Source: Rothia mucilaginosa (GTDB taxonomy: Bacteria; Actinomycetota; Actinomycetes; Actinomycetales; Micrococcaceae). From it: a DNA stretch of 64,000 bases. A program made the position numbers and the translations under genes. This document shows positions 48,964 to 59,148 of the stretch, one piece after another. The first letter of the stretch is position 1, and each line of letters begins with the position of its first letter. Below the pieces are notes generated by a model that worked only from the letters and a program-made list of their open reading frames with translations, was not told the DNA's origin and did no database searches. The stretch is from the NCBI RefSeq assembly GCF_963534775.1, contig NZ_CAUSUH010000006.1; one strand, 5' to 3'.

Positions 48964-49572
48964 ATGGTCAAGAGACGCATTTCCACTGAGGATTCTGTTC
49001 TGCTGATGTCCCCCCAGGTTATTTACGGCCGCCCCGGCCCACGGTTAGAACACATCCATAGGGGAGAGGTGCAGGGCACCCTCACCGAGTACAGCTCATC
49101 CGCCTGGCAGATTGGCGAGGTGGTCGGCTACGCCCCCATGGAGAAGCCTCGCAAAACCTTCAATGCGAAGAGTTTCTTCATTGATTGGAGCGGCTTCACC
49201 TGGTACGTGCTGGGGCCGCTGCTTCGGATGGTGTTCTGGTCATCTTTCTTTATCGTGCTGATGAGCCCGATACTTTTCAGCCTGGGTTTCAGGGGAGTGG
49301 GCGAGGAAATGGCGATGATACTTGTCATTTTTTTGATTCCGCTCTTTTATTTCCCTCCGCTGATTTTGCTTGTGGGCTTTGTCGGCCTCGTCGCAGAAAT
49401 CTGGTTGCTGCTCCTCTGCGTAGGAAAGTTTCTGAATGCTGTTGGGGATGCCGTCGAATCGACGCACCTGCTCGTTAGACAGCACAAGATTCAGCAGGAT
49501 TTTCAATTCCGGCTGGTGTACGAGTGCACCCCGACCACTGTTAGTTCACCCGCGGTATCACCGCATCTTTGA
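48964..49572 (+). CDS. Unknown membrane protein, array member 1
   Basis: Contains IYGRPGP, VVGYAP, a hydrophobic core and FQFRLVYECTP. RBS GGAGG before ATG 48964. Confidence 0.75.
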   Translation: MVKRRISTEDSVLLMSPQVIYGRPGPRLEHIHRGEVQGTLTEYSSSAWQIGEVVGYAPMEKPRKTFNAKSFFIDWSGFTWYVLGPLLRMVFWSSFFIVLMSPILFSLGFRGVGEEMAMILVIFLIPLFYFPPLILLVGFVGLVAEIWLLLLCVGKFLNAVGDAVESTHLLVRQHKIQQDFQFRLVYECTPTTVSSPAVSPHL

Positions 49573-49593
49573 ATCGCACCATGAGGAGGAATC

Positions 49594-50409
49594 ATGACCA
49601 CCGATAACAACCAGCCCATCGACGACCAACCCGTTTCCCCTCATCAGCGTGTTTTGAAGATTGCGCCCCCGGTGTATTACGGTCGCCCCAATCCGCAGCT
49701 GATGTGCATCCACACGGATGATGTTCAGGGAACTCTCCCTCAGGGAGACTTACCGGAGGACCATGGCGGCGAGCTGGTCGGTTACAGCCCCCTGTCGATT
49801 CCTGATCACAAGCCGGACACTGGCAGACGCGTGGTGGAGGCGATGGTATGCCTGGCGTTGGCTATCGTGGCAAATCCATTCGTCTATATACTGGCAGGTC
49901 CTATTCTGGGCGAAGAAACCTTGGTGTCTCTTTTTGGGGCATCCCTAGGATTTTCGATGCTGAGCTTCGGTATTCTTCCGCTGGTGCTGCTCGTCTTCTC
50001 CCTGGGCGCTGTTATCAATTTTCTCGCTGTGATGGTGAATTCCATCTGGAGGCGTGGAGCTGAGGAAAGGTTCACGTTCCGGTTGGTGTACGACTGCACC
50101 CCGTCCGTGATCCACGCTTCGCCTCGTCGTATTGGCATTACTCAGCCGGTGACGAGTTTTGGTGGTTCGTCTGATTCATCTCAGAAGGGTGAGGCGAAGC
50201 TTCTGTTCTTTGCCGTTTCCGTGCTGAATCCCTATATTGCGGCGGGGATTCTCTCCATTGTGGGTCTGTTCGGGGCGGGGCCACTCGTCGCAGGTCTCTT
50301 TATGATGGTGAATCAGGTGAGCGCAGGGCTCATGGGGATTCCCGGCATCATCTGGTTTGTGGCGTGGATTCTGAGCATTGTGCGGCTTAACGAAGCGGAC
50401 GAGGCGTAA
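49594..50409 (+). CDS. Unknown membrane protein, array member 2
   Basis: Contains YYGRPNP, LVGYSP, ANPF and FTFRLVYDCTP, plus a second LNP-containing hydrophobic block. RBS GAGGAG. Confidence 0.78.
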   Translation: MTTDNNQPIDDQPVSPHQRVLKIAPPVYYGRPNPQLMCIHTDDVQGTLPQGDLPEDHGGELVGYSPLSIPDHKPDTGRRVVEAMVCLALAIVANPFVYILAGPILGEETLVSLFGASLGFSMLSFGILPLVLLVFSLGAVINFLAVMVNSIWRRGAEERFTFRLVYDCTPSVIHASPRRIGITQPVTSFGGSSDSSQKGEAKLLFFAVSVLNPYIAAGILSIVGLFGAGPLVAGLFMMVNQVSAGLMGIPGIIWFVAWILSIVRLNEADEA

Positions 50410-50525
50410 GCAGATGAGCCACTGACTCAAAGAACAGCCACGGGATTGAGCCCCTGCGTACCGAACACACAATGTAGACAACACAACAGACACATAACAG
50501 CAGACAAGCATTGGAGGAGGTCACC

Positions 50526-51470
50526 GTGGTGGAGCATAGCGAAGCACCGAAGAACCCTCAGAACCCAACCGAGAAGAGCGATAGCGAGTATCAGCCCCTG
50601 TGGGATATAGATCAGCCCGCACCCGAATACTCGGCTTTGCTTCTTCACGGAACGCCGGTTCCCACGCCGACCGGGGATATTCCCGAGCCGGTGAAGGAGG
50701 TCCTGGAGATACAGAAGGCTCGTTCTGCATCCGCGGCTGCTCACCCCGTGGTTCCTGATGCGCCCAGTCCTGCTGTGTCCGATTCTGCGGCGTCCACTCT
50801 GTCGGTTTCTGCTCCTGCGCCCTCTGCGCAGGCTGCGAACTTTTTCCCTTCGGCGACAGGGCACCCGGTGCTGAATCGACCGCTGTACGGTCGCCCGGGC
50901 CCCACGATGCGCCGAATGTCCCCCATGGGCACGGATACTGCTGCATCTGCAAACCAGCAGGCGCCGTCCGCGTTCCCCTCCTGGTTGGGCGAGAAAGTAG
51001 AGGGTGCGCCTCGACCTATCGGGTACATCCCTGCGGCACCGGTTGCGGGCAAGGTGAGCAGATCAGACCTGCGGAGGAAAGCATGGCCTGAGCTCATTGC
51101 CCTCTTCTTTATTGGTGTGCTGCTCAACCCCCTGACCTATATCTTCTTGGCTTCTGGCATCGGGGGGTCTGAAGCTGGTGGGTATGTCTTCTACGTCTTC
51201 ATGATGATTACCGTAGTGACTTTTGGTCTTCCCCTGGGATTATGGGTTAGTGCACTAATTTATGCGCTGTACCGGCTCGATCGGAAGCGCCAGGAATTGA
51301 AGCAGGAGGCCATGCCGCTTGGGCAGTTCTGGTTCTATCTGGTGTACAACCGTCTGCCCAAGAACGCTGAGGAGATGCAGGGAATCCTGGGTGCAACGTC
51401 TTCGATGTCCTCTGTGGCGGCTGCTCCCACCCCTGCGCCGCCGAACTCACATATGGGCGGCGCATCATGA
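50526..51470 (+). CDS. Unknown membrane protein, array member 3
   Basis: Contains YQPLWDIDQPAPEY, LYGRPGP, PIGYIP, LLNP and FWFYLVYNRLP. GTG start after GGAGGAGG. Confidence 0.78.
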   Translation: MVEHSEAPKNPQNPTEKSDSEYQPLWDIDQPAPEYSALLLHGTPVPTPTGDIPEPVKEVLEIQKARSASAAAHPVVPDAPSPAVSDSAASTLSVSAPAPSAQAANFFPSATGHPVLNRPLYGRPGPTMRRMSPMGTDTAASANQQAPSAFPSWLGEKVEGAPRPIGYIPAAPVAGKVSRSDLRRKAWPELIALFFIGVLLNPLTYIFLASGIGGSEAGGYVFYVFMMITVVTFGLPLGLWVSALIYALYRLDRKRQELKQEAMPLGQFWFYLVYNRLPKNAEEMQGILGATSSMSSVAAAPTPAPPNSHMGGAS

Positions 51471-52084
51471 CCGACGAAATGTGGGCGCAGAGCCCGCAAT
51501 GGCGTATGGACTCTTTCACCGTTGATGCCGCCCTGCCTGTGGCGACGGAACCTATCTACGGTATTCCCGGCCCGCACCTCCAGCCCATGCAGCTACTGAG
51601 TGCGCTATCGAGTGATGCTGGACCTACACAGGTGGCTTCCGTACGTTGGCAGAATGAGCCCGGCACCGCGGCGAATCTTTCTGCACCGGGTGAATCCGTG
51701 CCGGGGGAATCTGTACCGGGGGAAGACACGGGCACCGCTAGGGTAGTTGGCTACATCCCCGCAACCACCCCCGAAGCCACCGTGGATTGGACTAAAACTC
51801 GCCTCGGGTACGCGTGGTGGCTGATTCTGTGCGTAGTATTGCAGGTGATTAACCCGTTCCTTGTGCTACCCCTGCTGTACATAGTGGATGAGCAGGCTGC
51901 CGGTGCGGTTCTTGGCACCTATTTCTTTGCCTGGCTGTATTCGTTATTCACGGTGCCCTTTATCTGGCTTGCCCTGATGATTTATTCGCTGGTGAAGCTC
52001 CCGCAGAAGCGGCGGGAGGCGGTGGCGCGGGCAACGACATATGGTGCGTTCTGGTACCACCCGGTGTACGACCGCGCCCTGTAG
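51467..52084 (+). CDS. Unknown membrane protein, array member 4
   Basis: Contains IYGIPGP, VVGYIP, VINPF and FWYHPVYDR. ATGA overlap with member 3. Confidence 0.78.
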   Translation: MTDEMWAQSPQWRMDSFTVDAALPVATEPIYGIPGPHLQPMQLLSALSSDAGPTQVASVRWQNEPGTAANLSAPGESVPGESVPGEDTGTARVVGYIPATTPEATVDWTKTRLGYAWWLILCVVLQVINPFLVLPLLYIVDEQAAGAVLGTYFFAWLYSLFTVPFIWLALMIYSLVKLPQKRREAVARATTYGAFWYHPVYDRAL

Positions 52085-52185
52085 GAGGGTGCCCACCCGG
52101 ACGAAGCGGGGGAGCCCGAGGGATTGTCAGCGCCAGCGGAGTAGCTTCCCGCAAATGCCCCCCCAGTAGACCCCTGGTAACGTTG

Positions 52186-52236
52186 AACCCCTGACAGTGT
52201 TAACACATCAGTGTTAGCGCTTGTCCGGGGGTTTTT
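52186..52236 (+). terminator. Long hairpin with T-run after array member 4
   Basis: AACCCCTGACAGTGTTAACAC-ATCA-GTGTTAGCGCTTGTCCGGGGGTTTTT. Confidence 0.6.
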
Positions 52237-52325
52237 CTCAGCTTTCATTCGGTAGGTTTCGAGGGAGTGCCCAGCGCACGCTGGTACGGTGGTGCCACTA
52301 GGAGTATGTCTGGTAAACAAAGGAG

Positions 52326-53561
52326 ATGACCATGGCAGACCGACCCGCTGTAAAGAATGAAGCCGCAAAGAGGGAAACTGCAAAGAAGGACGAGGCGTAC
52401 CAGCCCCTCTGGGACACCGACCAGTCCATCCCGGAATACATGGCGCTACTCATGGACCAGCAGTCGTCGACAGAAGACGCTGAGCTATATGAAGAATCCG
52501 ACGACGAAGAGCTAGAACACCCCGACCCCGATTATGAATACGTCTACCCCGGTGCCCCCAAGCGCTACGACTCCGCTCGGAAGAACTTAGAAGACTTAGA
52601 AGATGAAGACGCTGAGCATGAAGAGGGCGAACCCGAAGACTCCCACGACACCGACAATATCGACGAGCCGGAAGACACCTCAGAAGCCACCTCAGAAGAT
52701 ACTCACGAATCTCGCAAGGACGAGGAGGCAAACCACCCGGTAGCGCTCGCCTCCGTAGAACAGGCTCAGCAAGAGCAGGCCCAGGCAATGCAGACTCAGG
52801 CAACACACGCCTACGGCGAGTACGTTCGGCTGGAACAGCTCGGTCTGCAACCAAGCGCTATTCTGCCAGTCATCCCGGAGCCGTTCTTCGGCATCCCCGA
52901 CTCGGAACTTATCGAAATGCGCCTGCTGGACCGCTCGCTTGAATCCTCCGCGCCCATGCAGGCGTGTGCTGTCCACCTGAACCCGGTCAAGATTGAGGAG
53001 AACCCCGTATCGCGGGCGGCCAAGCAGCAACCGGTGGGCTATGTACCCATCAATAATCCGTTGGCTGGCTCCAACATTGAAGAGATCGAGAGTCAGCGCA
53101 CCTTCTGGAAGACCGTGCTTATTGTCCTACTGATACTGAACCCGTTTGTGCTGGTTCCTTTGGTGAGCATGTTCGACAATAGCGCCGGCATGTCGATGCT
53201 GTTCTTCTTCATCATTATCGGTCTCGGCTCATTTTTTGTGGTGCCGATCCTGTGGATTGTGGGTATTGTTCAGGCGGTGAAGCATAAGAACCGGCTGAGA
53301 GAACTCATCCAGAAAACAAAGACGACGCATGCCGAGTTCTGGTACTACCTGGTGTACAACCGCCTGCCGGACGACTACATGGGCATCAACGGATACACGA
53401 AGAAACATGGTTTCTTCGATGAGTATGAGGCGTTGAAAAAGCAGGAACGCGCAAAGCTACGCGAGTCTGCAGCACAGCGCGAGCCTGCCGCGCTACATAA
53501 GCCCGCCGCGCATCCTAAACATGAACCGGAAGAGCCCACCGATCAAAAGAAACAGGGCTAG
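52326..53561 (+). CDS. Unknown membrane protein, array member 5 (acidic N-terminal extension)
   Basis: Contains YQPLWDTDQSIPEY, FFGIPDS, PVGYVP, ILNPF and FWYYLVYNRLP. RBS AAGGAG suggests the true start may be ATG 52332. Confidence 0.78.
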   Translation: MTMADRPAVKNEAAKRETAKKDEAYQPLWDTDQSIPEYMALLMDQQSSTEDAELYEESDDEELEHPDPDYEYVYPGAPKRYDSARKNLEDLEDEDAEHEEGEPEDSHDTDNIDEPEDTSEATSEDTHESRKDEEANHPVALASVEQAQQEQAQAMQTQATHAYGEYVRLEQLGLQPSAILPVIPEPFFGIPDSELIEMRLLDRSLESSAPMQACAVHLNPVKIEENPVSRAAKQQPVGYVPINNPLAGSNIEEIESQRTFWKTVLIVLLILNPFVLVPLVSMFDNSAGMSMLFFFIIIGLGSFFVVPILWIVGIVQAVKHKNRLRELIQKTKTTHAEFWYYLVYNRLPDDYMGINGYTKKHGFFDEYEALKKQERAKLRESAAQREPAALHKPAAHPKHEPEEPTDQKKQG

Positions 53562-53591
53562 ACCCCGAACCGTGCCGCCCAGAACCGTATA

Positions 53592-53645
53592 ACGCCCTGC
53601 CCCTCCACGCATGTAACACCGTGTGGAGGGGCAGGGCGTCTTTTT
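53592..53645 (+). terminator. Intrinsic terminator
   Basis: ACGCCCTGCCCCTCCAC...GTGGAGGGGCAGGGCGTC-TTTTT. Confidence 0.85.
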
Positions 53646-53861
53646 CTTGTCATATTCGGGTTTCTTCGCCTGCTGTCCGGCGAGGGTTAATATTCCATTT
53701 ACCTTGCCTTGATAGGGTGAAACCATCACGAGCGTTGCGACCAAGCAGAGCGAGGCGGGCACCCGCCGAAAACGGTGAGTTAGCCTGCTGCCGCACCTCA
53801 ACGATTAGCCGCGCCTCAATGATTAGCTGTATCCACTCATCGATAGATTAGGAAAAGAACG

Positions 53862-54326
53862 ATGTCCCAGAACCCTGAACAGTACAACCAGTACTCCCAG
53901 CATGCACCCTCCTACTCGCAGGCGCCGGGTCAGCAGTCCAACGGTTACGTTGTCTCCTCCAAGGACGACCAGAACATGGCGATGCTCGCGCACCTGGCTT
54001 CTGCGATTCTGTCTCTGCTGTCCTTCGCATCCGCAAGTATTCTCGCGCCGCTGGTCATGTGGTTCATCTACAAGGACAAGCCCGGTTACGCTTTCACTAA
54101 GGAAGCATCCCGCCGCGCGTTCAACTTCAACTTCTCCCTGTGGCTCGTCAGCATGGCTTCCTGGCTGCTGATGGTAGTGTCTTTCGGCATCCTGGGTATC
54201 ATCCTGTGGGTTGTCCCGCTGGTTGTGGCTATCTTGATGGTTATCTTCCACAGCCTGGCTGCTATGGCCGCGAACCGCGGTGAGCAGTACACCTACCCGA
54301 TGACCTTCATCGAGATCATCAAGTAG
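53862..54326 (+). CDS. DUF4870-type small membrane protein
   Basis: Contains AMLAHL, APLVMWFIYKD, AFNFNFS and a C-terminal ANRGEQYTYP. Confidence 0.8.
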   Translation: MSQNPEQYNQYSQHAPSYSQAPGQQSNGYVVSSKDDQNMAMLAHLASAILSLLSFASASILAPLVMWFIYKDKPGYAFTKEASRRAFNFNFSLWLVSMASWLLMVVSFGILGIILWVVPLVVAILMVIFHSLAAMAANRGEQYTYPMTFIEIIK

Positions 54327-54344
54327 TCTTCGTAAGCTCATACC

Positions 54345-54384
54345 GGTAGCGCCCCCGTCCTAGATATTGGATGGGGGCGTTACC
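54345..54384 (+). terminator. Stem-loop after the DUF4870 gene
   Basis: GGTAGCGCCCCCGTCC...GGATGGGGGCGTTACC. Confidence 0.6.
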
Positions 54385-54563
54385 GTGCCCGGTGAGGCTC
54401 ACCGGCACCGGATCCGGCACGCCTACCGCCCCGTAACACGGGACTTAAAGGGGCGGGCACGGTATCATTAGAAGAGGTGTGCCTACCAGGATTATGAGGC
54501 GGTAGGTCGCCGCCGCGCCGTGAAATCCGGTGCGTATCTTCAAGGCTTTCAAGGAGCACAAAA

Positions 54564-55856
54564 ATGTCAGCTGTCGTGATTGTGGGCGCCCAGTGGGGCG
54601 ATGAGGGTAAGGGTAAGGCAACCGACCTGCTCGGCCCCCGCGTAGACTACGTGGTCAAGCCCAACGGCGGTAACAACGCCGGTCACACCGTGGTGGTGAA
54701 CGGCCAGAAGTTTGAGCTGAAGCTGCTGCCCGCGGGTATTCTGAGCGAGAACGCCGTCCCTGTGATTGGTAACGGCGTGGTTGTTAACCCTGAGGCTCTG
54801 TTCGCTGAGATTGACGGCCTTGAGGCCCGCGGCGCTGACACCTCCCGTCTGAAGATTTCTGCTAACGCACACCTGGTCGCGCCCTACCACCAGACCATGG
54901 ACAAGGTGACTGAGCGCTTCCTCGGCAAGCGCGCTATCGGCACCACCGGCCGCGGTATCGGCCCCGCCTACATGGATAAGGTGGGCCGCCTCGGCGTGCG
55001 TGTTCAGGACATCCTGGACGAGTCGATCCTGCGTCAGAAGGTTGAAGGCGCACTGCGCCAGAAGAACGAACTGCTGGTGAAGGTCTACAACCGCCGCCAC
55101 GTTGAGGTCGACGAGATCGTCGAGTACTTCATGTCTTACGCTGAGCGTCTGAAGCCGATGATTGTGGACACCACCCAGCTGCTGAACAAGGCACTGGACG
55201 AGGGTAAGACCCTGCTGATGGAGGGCGGCCAGGCAACCTTCCTGGACGTTGACCACGGCACCTACCCGTTCGTGACCTCCTCCAACCCGACCTCCGGCGG
55301 CGCATGCGTCGGTTCGGGTGTGGGCCCGACCCGTATCTCCCGCGTAATCGGTATTCAGAAGGCGTACACCACCCGCGTGGGTGCTGGCCCCTTCCCGACC
55401 GAGCTGTTCGATGAGATGGGCGAGTTCCTGCGCACCACCGGCGGCGAGTTCGGCGTGAACACTGGCCGCCCGCGTCGTTGCGGCTGGTATGACGCCGTGC
55501 TGGCGCGTCAGGCTGTGCGCATCAACGGTTTCACCGACCTGTTCATCACCAAGCTGGACGTGCTGACCGACCTGGATAAGATTCCGGTCTGCGTGGCTTA
55601 TGACGTTGACGGTGTGCGCCACGACGAGATGCCGATGACCCAGACTGAGTTCCACCACGCTAAGCCGATTTTCGAGTACTACGACGGCTGGACTGAGAAC
55701 ATTTCGGATGCGAAGAGCCTGGATGAGCTGCCCGAGAACGCCCGCAAGTACGTGCTGAAGCTGGAAGAGATTTCCGGCTGCCGTATCTCCGCGATTGGTG
55801 TGGGTCCCGATCGTGACCAGACCATTGTGGTTCGCGACCTCATCAACGAAGACTAA
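54564..55856 (+). CDS. purA: Adenylosuccinate synthetase
   Basis: Contains [45 protein letters not shown] and TKLDVL. Confidence 0.98.
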   Translation: MSAVVIVGAQWGDEGKGKATDLLGPRVDYVVKPNGGNNAGHTVVVNGQKFELKLLPAGILSENAVPVIGNGVVVNPEALFAEIDGLEARGADTSRLKISANAHLVAPYHQTMDKVTERFLGKRAIGTTGRGIGPAYMDKVGRLGVRVQDILDESILRQKVEGALRQKNELLVKVYNRRHVEVDEIVEYFMSYAERLKPMIVDTTQLLNKALDEGKTLLMEGGQATFLDVDHGTYPFVTSSNPTSGGACVGSGVGPTRISRVIGIQKAYTTRVGAGPFPTELFDEMGEFLRTTGGEFGVNTGRPRRCGWYDAVLARQAVRINGFTDLFITKLDVLTDLDKIPVCVAYDVDGVRHDEMPMTQTEFHHAKPIFEYYDGWTENISDAKSLDELPENARKYVLKLEEISGCRISAIGVGPDRDQTIVVRDLINED

Positions 55857-55876
55857 GCTCAATAGCTAAATACGTG

Positions 55877-55921
55877 AAAGCCCCCGGAGGCTACCTTATA
55901 GGTGCCCTCCGGGGGCTTTTT
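55877..55921 (+). terminator. Intrinsic terminator
   Basis: AAAGCCCCCGGAGG...CCTCCGGGGGCTTTTT. Confidence 0.88.
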
Positions 55922-56025
55922 GTATGCCGGGTGCGCGCGGTGCATGTGACCGGGCGGGGCGCGTGCCGTATGCTGGAAAGAGCGCCTTGCACACATGGCG
56001 CCGAAGCGTTCAGAGGAGTACAACG

Positions 56026-57063
56026 ATGACCTACATTACCGGAGCCATCTACCCCAGCGGCGACCGCATCCGCGTAGGCATACCCGAAGAAGAAACCCTC
56101 AACGCCTACCAGCAGCCCAACACCGCCGTAGCCCTCGGATACGCCAACACCGGCATCCACGAACTGCACAGGCTACAAGAAACCTTCAACCTGCACGAAC
56201 TCGCCATCGAAGACGCCGGACGAGGCCACCAGCGCGCCAAACTAGAACGATACGGCGACTCCCTCTTCACCGTCATCCGCCCCGCCATCTACCTCGACAA
56301 AGAAGAAGAAGTGCGCCTCAGCGAACTGCACCTCTTCACCGGCCCCCGCTACACCCTCGCACTCGTCCGCGACGAACAGCGCAGTGACCGCAACATCAAC
56401 GACCAGTTCAACCTACTCTACGCCACCCCCGACGCATCCCCCGCCCGACTGCTGCACCGCATCCTCGACAGCACCGTCGACGGGTACGCACCCGTGCTCG
56501 ACGGACTCGAAAACGACAACGACGAAATCGAAGACATCCTCTTCTCCCCCAGCGAGCGGCAAGAGGCCAACTCCCTCGCCCAGCGCATCTACGAACTGCT
56601 CAACCAGGTCATCGACTTCCAGCGTGCCTGCCGACCCCTCGAATCCATGATCGGCCGCATCATCGAAGGCATACGCACCGGCGCACTCGACCCCTCACCC
56701 TACCCGGGCGTATCCGAAGAAGAAAAGAACGAAGAAGCGGTCGAGCTTGCCCGTCAATTCCGCAACGTGCTCGACCACGTGGTGCACACAAAAGAACGCC
56801 TCGAGGACCTTCGCAGCTCCCTCGAAAACGCCCTGCGAGTGCACGACACCCTGCTCGGCCAGCAGCAGAACGATGACACCAAGAAAATCTCCGCCTACGC
56901 GGCGCTGCTCATGGTGCCCACCATCGTTGGCTCCGTGTATGGCATGAACTTTGAGGTCATGCCCGAACTCAAATGGGAGTTCGGCTACCCCGCCGCGCTG
57001 CTACTCATGGTGGGTTCCTGTCTGTTCCTCTACTGGTTCTTCAAGAAGAACAAATGGCTCTGA
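56026..57063 (+). CDS. corA: CorA family Mg2+/Co2+ transporter
   Basis: Contains LHELAIED, QRAKLERY, YGMNF and MPELKW. ATG 56026 after GAGGAG. Confidence 0.93.
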   Translation: MTYITGAIYPSGDRIRVGIPEEETLNAYQQPNTAVALGYANTGIHELHRLQETFNLHELAIEDAGRGHQRAKLERYGDSLFTVIRPAIYLDKEEEVRLSELHLFTGPRYTLALVRDEQRSDRNINDQFNLLYATPDASPARLLHRILDSTVDGYAPVLDGLENDNDEIEDILFSPSERQEANSLAQRIYELLNQVIDFQRACRPLESMIGRIIEGIRTGALDPSPYPGVSEEEKNEEAVELARQFRNVLDHVVHTKERLEDLRSSLENALRVHDTLLGQQQNDDTKKISAYAALLMVPTIVGSVYGMNFEVMPELKWEFGYPAALLLMVGSCLFLYWFFKKNKWL

Positions 57064-57100
57064 TATGTGCGTATGCTGCATAAGGCATACACGATATACC

Positions 57101-57784
57101 TTATGCGGCGCGGTCGTACTGGGCACGCATTGCGCGGCGGCAATCACGACGCTCACGCTTAAACTTCTTACACATGGCCTCCGAATCGGCAAACATGTAG
57201 AAGTCCTCCGGCTCAGCCGACAGACCCAAAGTCGACAGCTCAACCAGCGACAGCATCGCGTAGAACATCTTGCGGCGCAGCTCAAAATTGCAGGCACCCG
57301 GAGCGGACTCCACGGCGAACACGCCGCCGGTGCACTCCAGCGCTCGCATCGCCCAGTGCTGAGTCCACAGGTCACCATTGACCGGGCTCACACCCAGGCG
57401 AGTCAACGCCAGGCCGGTACCCTGCACACGCTCAAAGCGCAGGCACATCTCCAGGTCCTTCTCCAGGGGGAACACGAACAGCAGAGCGTTCTGCGCCGCC
57501 GCACGCAGCTCAGCCAGGTTCGCCTCATAACCGGAAGCACCCTGAGTCAGGTGACGCATCACGCGGCCCATCGTCGAAGACGCCGGCGCGGTGCGGAAGC
57601 ACGAACCATCCGCCACCAGCTGCTCCAGAACGCCGCGGAGCTCCTCCACGTTGAAACGCTCCATACGGACGATGGTGCCCGCCTGCATCAGCAGGTTGAA
57701 CTCTGCATCACGGCACAGCTGCTCATCGGCGGTGCAGGAAATCTCTGCGTTTGCGTACTGGCTCTCGTGAGTGGTGTTTTCCAT
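57101..57784 (-). CDS. Hypothetical protein
   Basis: 227 aa with host-like codon usage and RBS GAAGGA; no motif recognised. Confidence 0.65.
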   Translation of the reverse strand: MENTTHESQYANAEISCTADEQLCRDAEFNLLMQAGTIVRMERFNVEELRGVLEQLVADGSCFRTAPASSTMGRVMRHLTQGASGYEANLAELRAAAQNALLFVFPLEKDLEMCLRFERVQGTGLALTRLGVSPVNGDLWTQHWAMRALECTGGVFAVESAPGACNFELRRKMFYAMLSLVELSTLGLSAEPEDFYMFADSEAMCKKFKRERRDCRRAMRAQYDRAA

Positions 57785-58009
57785 GACCGTTCCTTCCGTA
57801 GATGCTGAATCAACCTAGCGGCAACACCGCAGGAGACGGCGTGCCCGGTTGGAAGGATCGTCCCTTCCAACACCTACACTCTATGAGCGACCCCTGACAC
57901 GATAAGCAGTTTTTAATCTACCCCGGGGTAAAACTGGGAAAATTCTGAAAAATTCTGAAACCACCCGTGAAACCCAGTGAAACCGCTCATGAAACCTAGC
58001 GAAACAGAG

Positions 58010-58044
58010 AAAACCGGGTGCCCCCACAGTCGGGAACACCCGGT
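58010..58044 (-). terminator. Terminator of the permease operon
   Basis: ACCGGGTG...CACCCGGT with an adjacent A-run. Confidence 0.6.
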
Positions 58045-58070
58045 CACTCATACGGAGTAAGACGGCGCAA

Positions 58071-59123
58071 CTAGCGCTGACGGTACAGCAACCACAGCAT
58101 ATACACGCCACCCAACGCGCCCGTCACCAGGCCCACCGGAATCTGGAACGGCGCCAACGCACGAGCCGACACAAAATCAGCCAGCACCAAAATTACCGAA
58201 CCCAGCAACGCCGAATGCCACATCGCCATACCCGGAGTGTTCCACAGGCGGCGCGCAATCTGCGGGGCAACCAGCGCCAAGAAACCAATCGGGCCGGCAA
58301 CAGAAATCGCCACAGCCACCAGGAGTACGGCGGCCGCCACCAGCATGTTCACGGTCCTCTTCACCGGCAGACCCAAACCCGCTGCCAAATCGTCGCCGAG
58401 CTCCAAGACGCGCAGGCGATGCGTCAGCATCAGCACCAGCGGAATAGCCACCAGCAGCAGCACTGCCTGCACCGACATCTGATTCCACGACAGCGCATTC
58501 AGCGAACCGTGCTGCCAGGTCTTCGCCGCCTCCGCCTTCTCCAAATCACCGCGCGTAATCAGGTAATCATTCACGGAACTGAGCATCGCACTCACCGCAA
58601 TACCAATCAGCACCATTTTCTGACCCATCGTTGCACCACCGCGCACACCCGCCAGAAGCATCACCACAGCCGCCGTCGCAAAACCGCCAATAATAGCGCC
58701 CAGGCCCATACCCACGCCGGTAGAACTCAACGACCCAATCAGCACCACAGACAGGGCACCGGTCGCCGAACCGACCGTGAAACCGATAATATCCGGCGAA
58801 CCCAGAGCATTACGGGAAACCGACTGAAAAATAGCGCCCGATAAGCCCAAAGCCGCACCCACCACCACGGCGGCAAGCATACGCGGCAGACGCTGATTCA
58901 ACACCAGCTGACGCTCAATCTCCGTGCCCTCACCCTGAAAAATCAGGCGAAACACCTGATCAGGGCTCATCTGATAACTACCAAACACCAGGGAGGCGAC
59001 CGCCGCCACCACAAGCACCGCCACCACCAGCAGGGTACGTGGAATAGGGGTGCGGTAACGCCCCGGGATACGCACAGAATCGGCCACAACAGACCCGGCT
59101 ACAGAACGAGACACAACGCTCAC
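58071..59123 (-). CDS. FecCD-family iron-siderophore ABC permease (FepG-like)
   Basis: Contains RLPR, SRNALGSPDIIG, LGDDLAAGLG, GPIGFLAL and IPVGLVTG. GTG 59123 after GAGAGG. Confidence 0.9.
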   Translation of the reverse strand: MSVVSRSVAGSVVADSVRIPGRYRTPIPRTLLVVAVLVVAAVASLVFGSYQMSPDQVFRLIFQGEGTEIERQLVLNQRLPRMLAAVVVGAALGLSGAIFQSVSRNALGSPDIIGFTVGSATGALSVVLIGSLSSTGVGMGLGAIIGGFATAAVVMLLAGVRGGATMGQKMVLIGIAVSAMLSSVNDYLITRGDLEKAEAAKTWQHGSLNALSWNQMSVQAVLLLVAIPLVLMLTHRLRVLELGDDLAAGLGLPVKRTVNMLVAAAVLLVAVAISVAGPIGFLALVAPQIARRLWNTPGMAMWHSALLGSVILVLADFVSARALAPFQIPVGLVTGALGGVYMLWLLYRQR

Positions 59124-59148
59124 AATAAAACCTCTCAGAAACCGGGGC

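Noticed and set aside
51686..51725. 15-bp tandem repeat (PGESV) in array member 4
   Set aside because: Short, imperfect, in-frame linker duplication; not a phase-variation tract.
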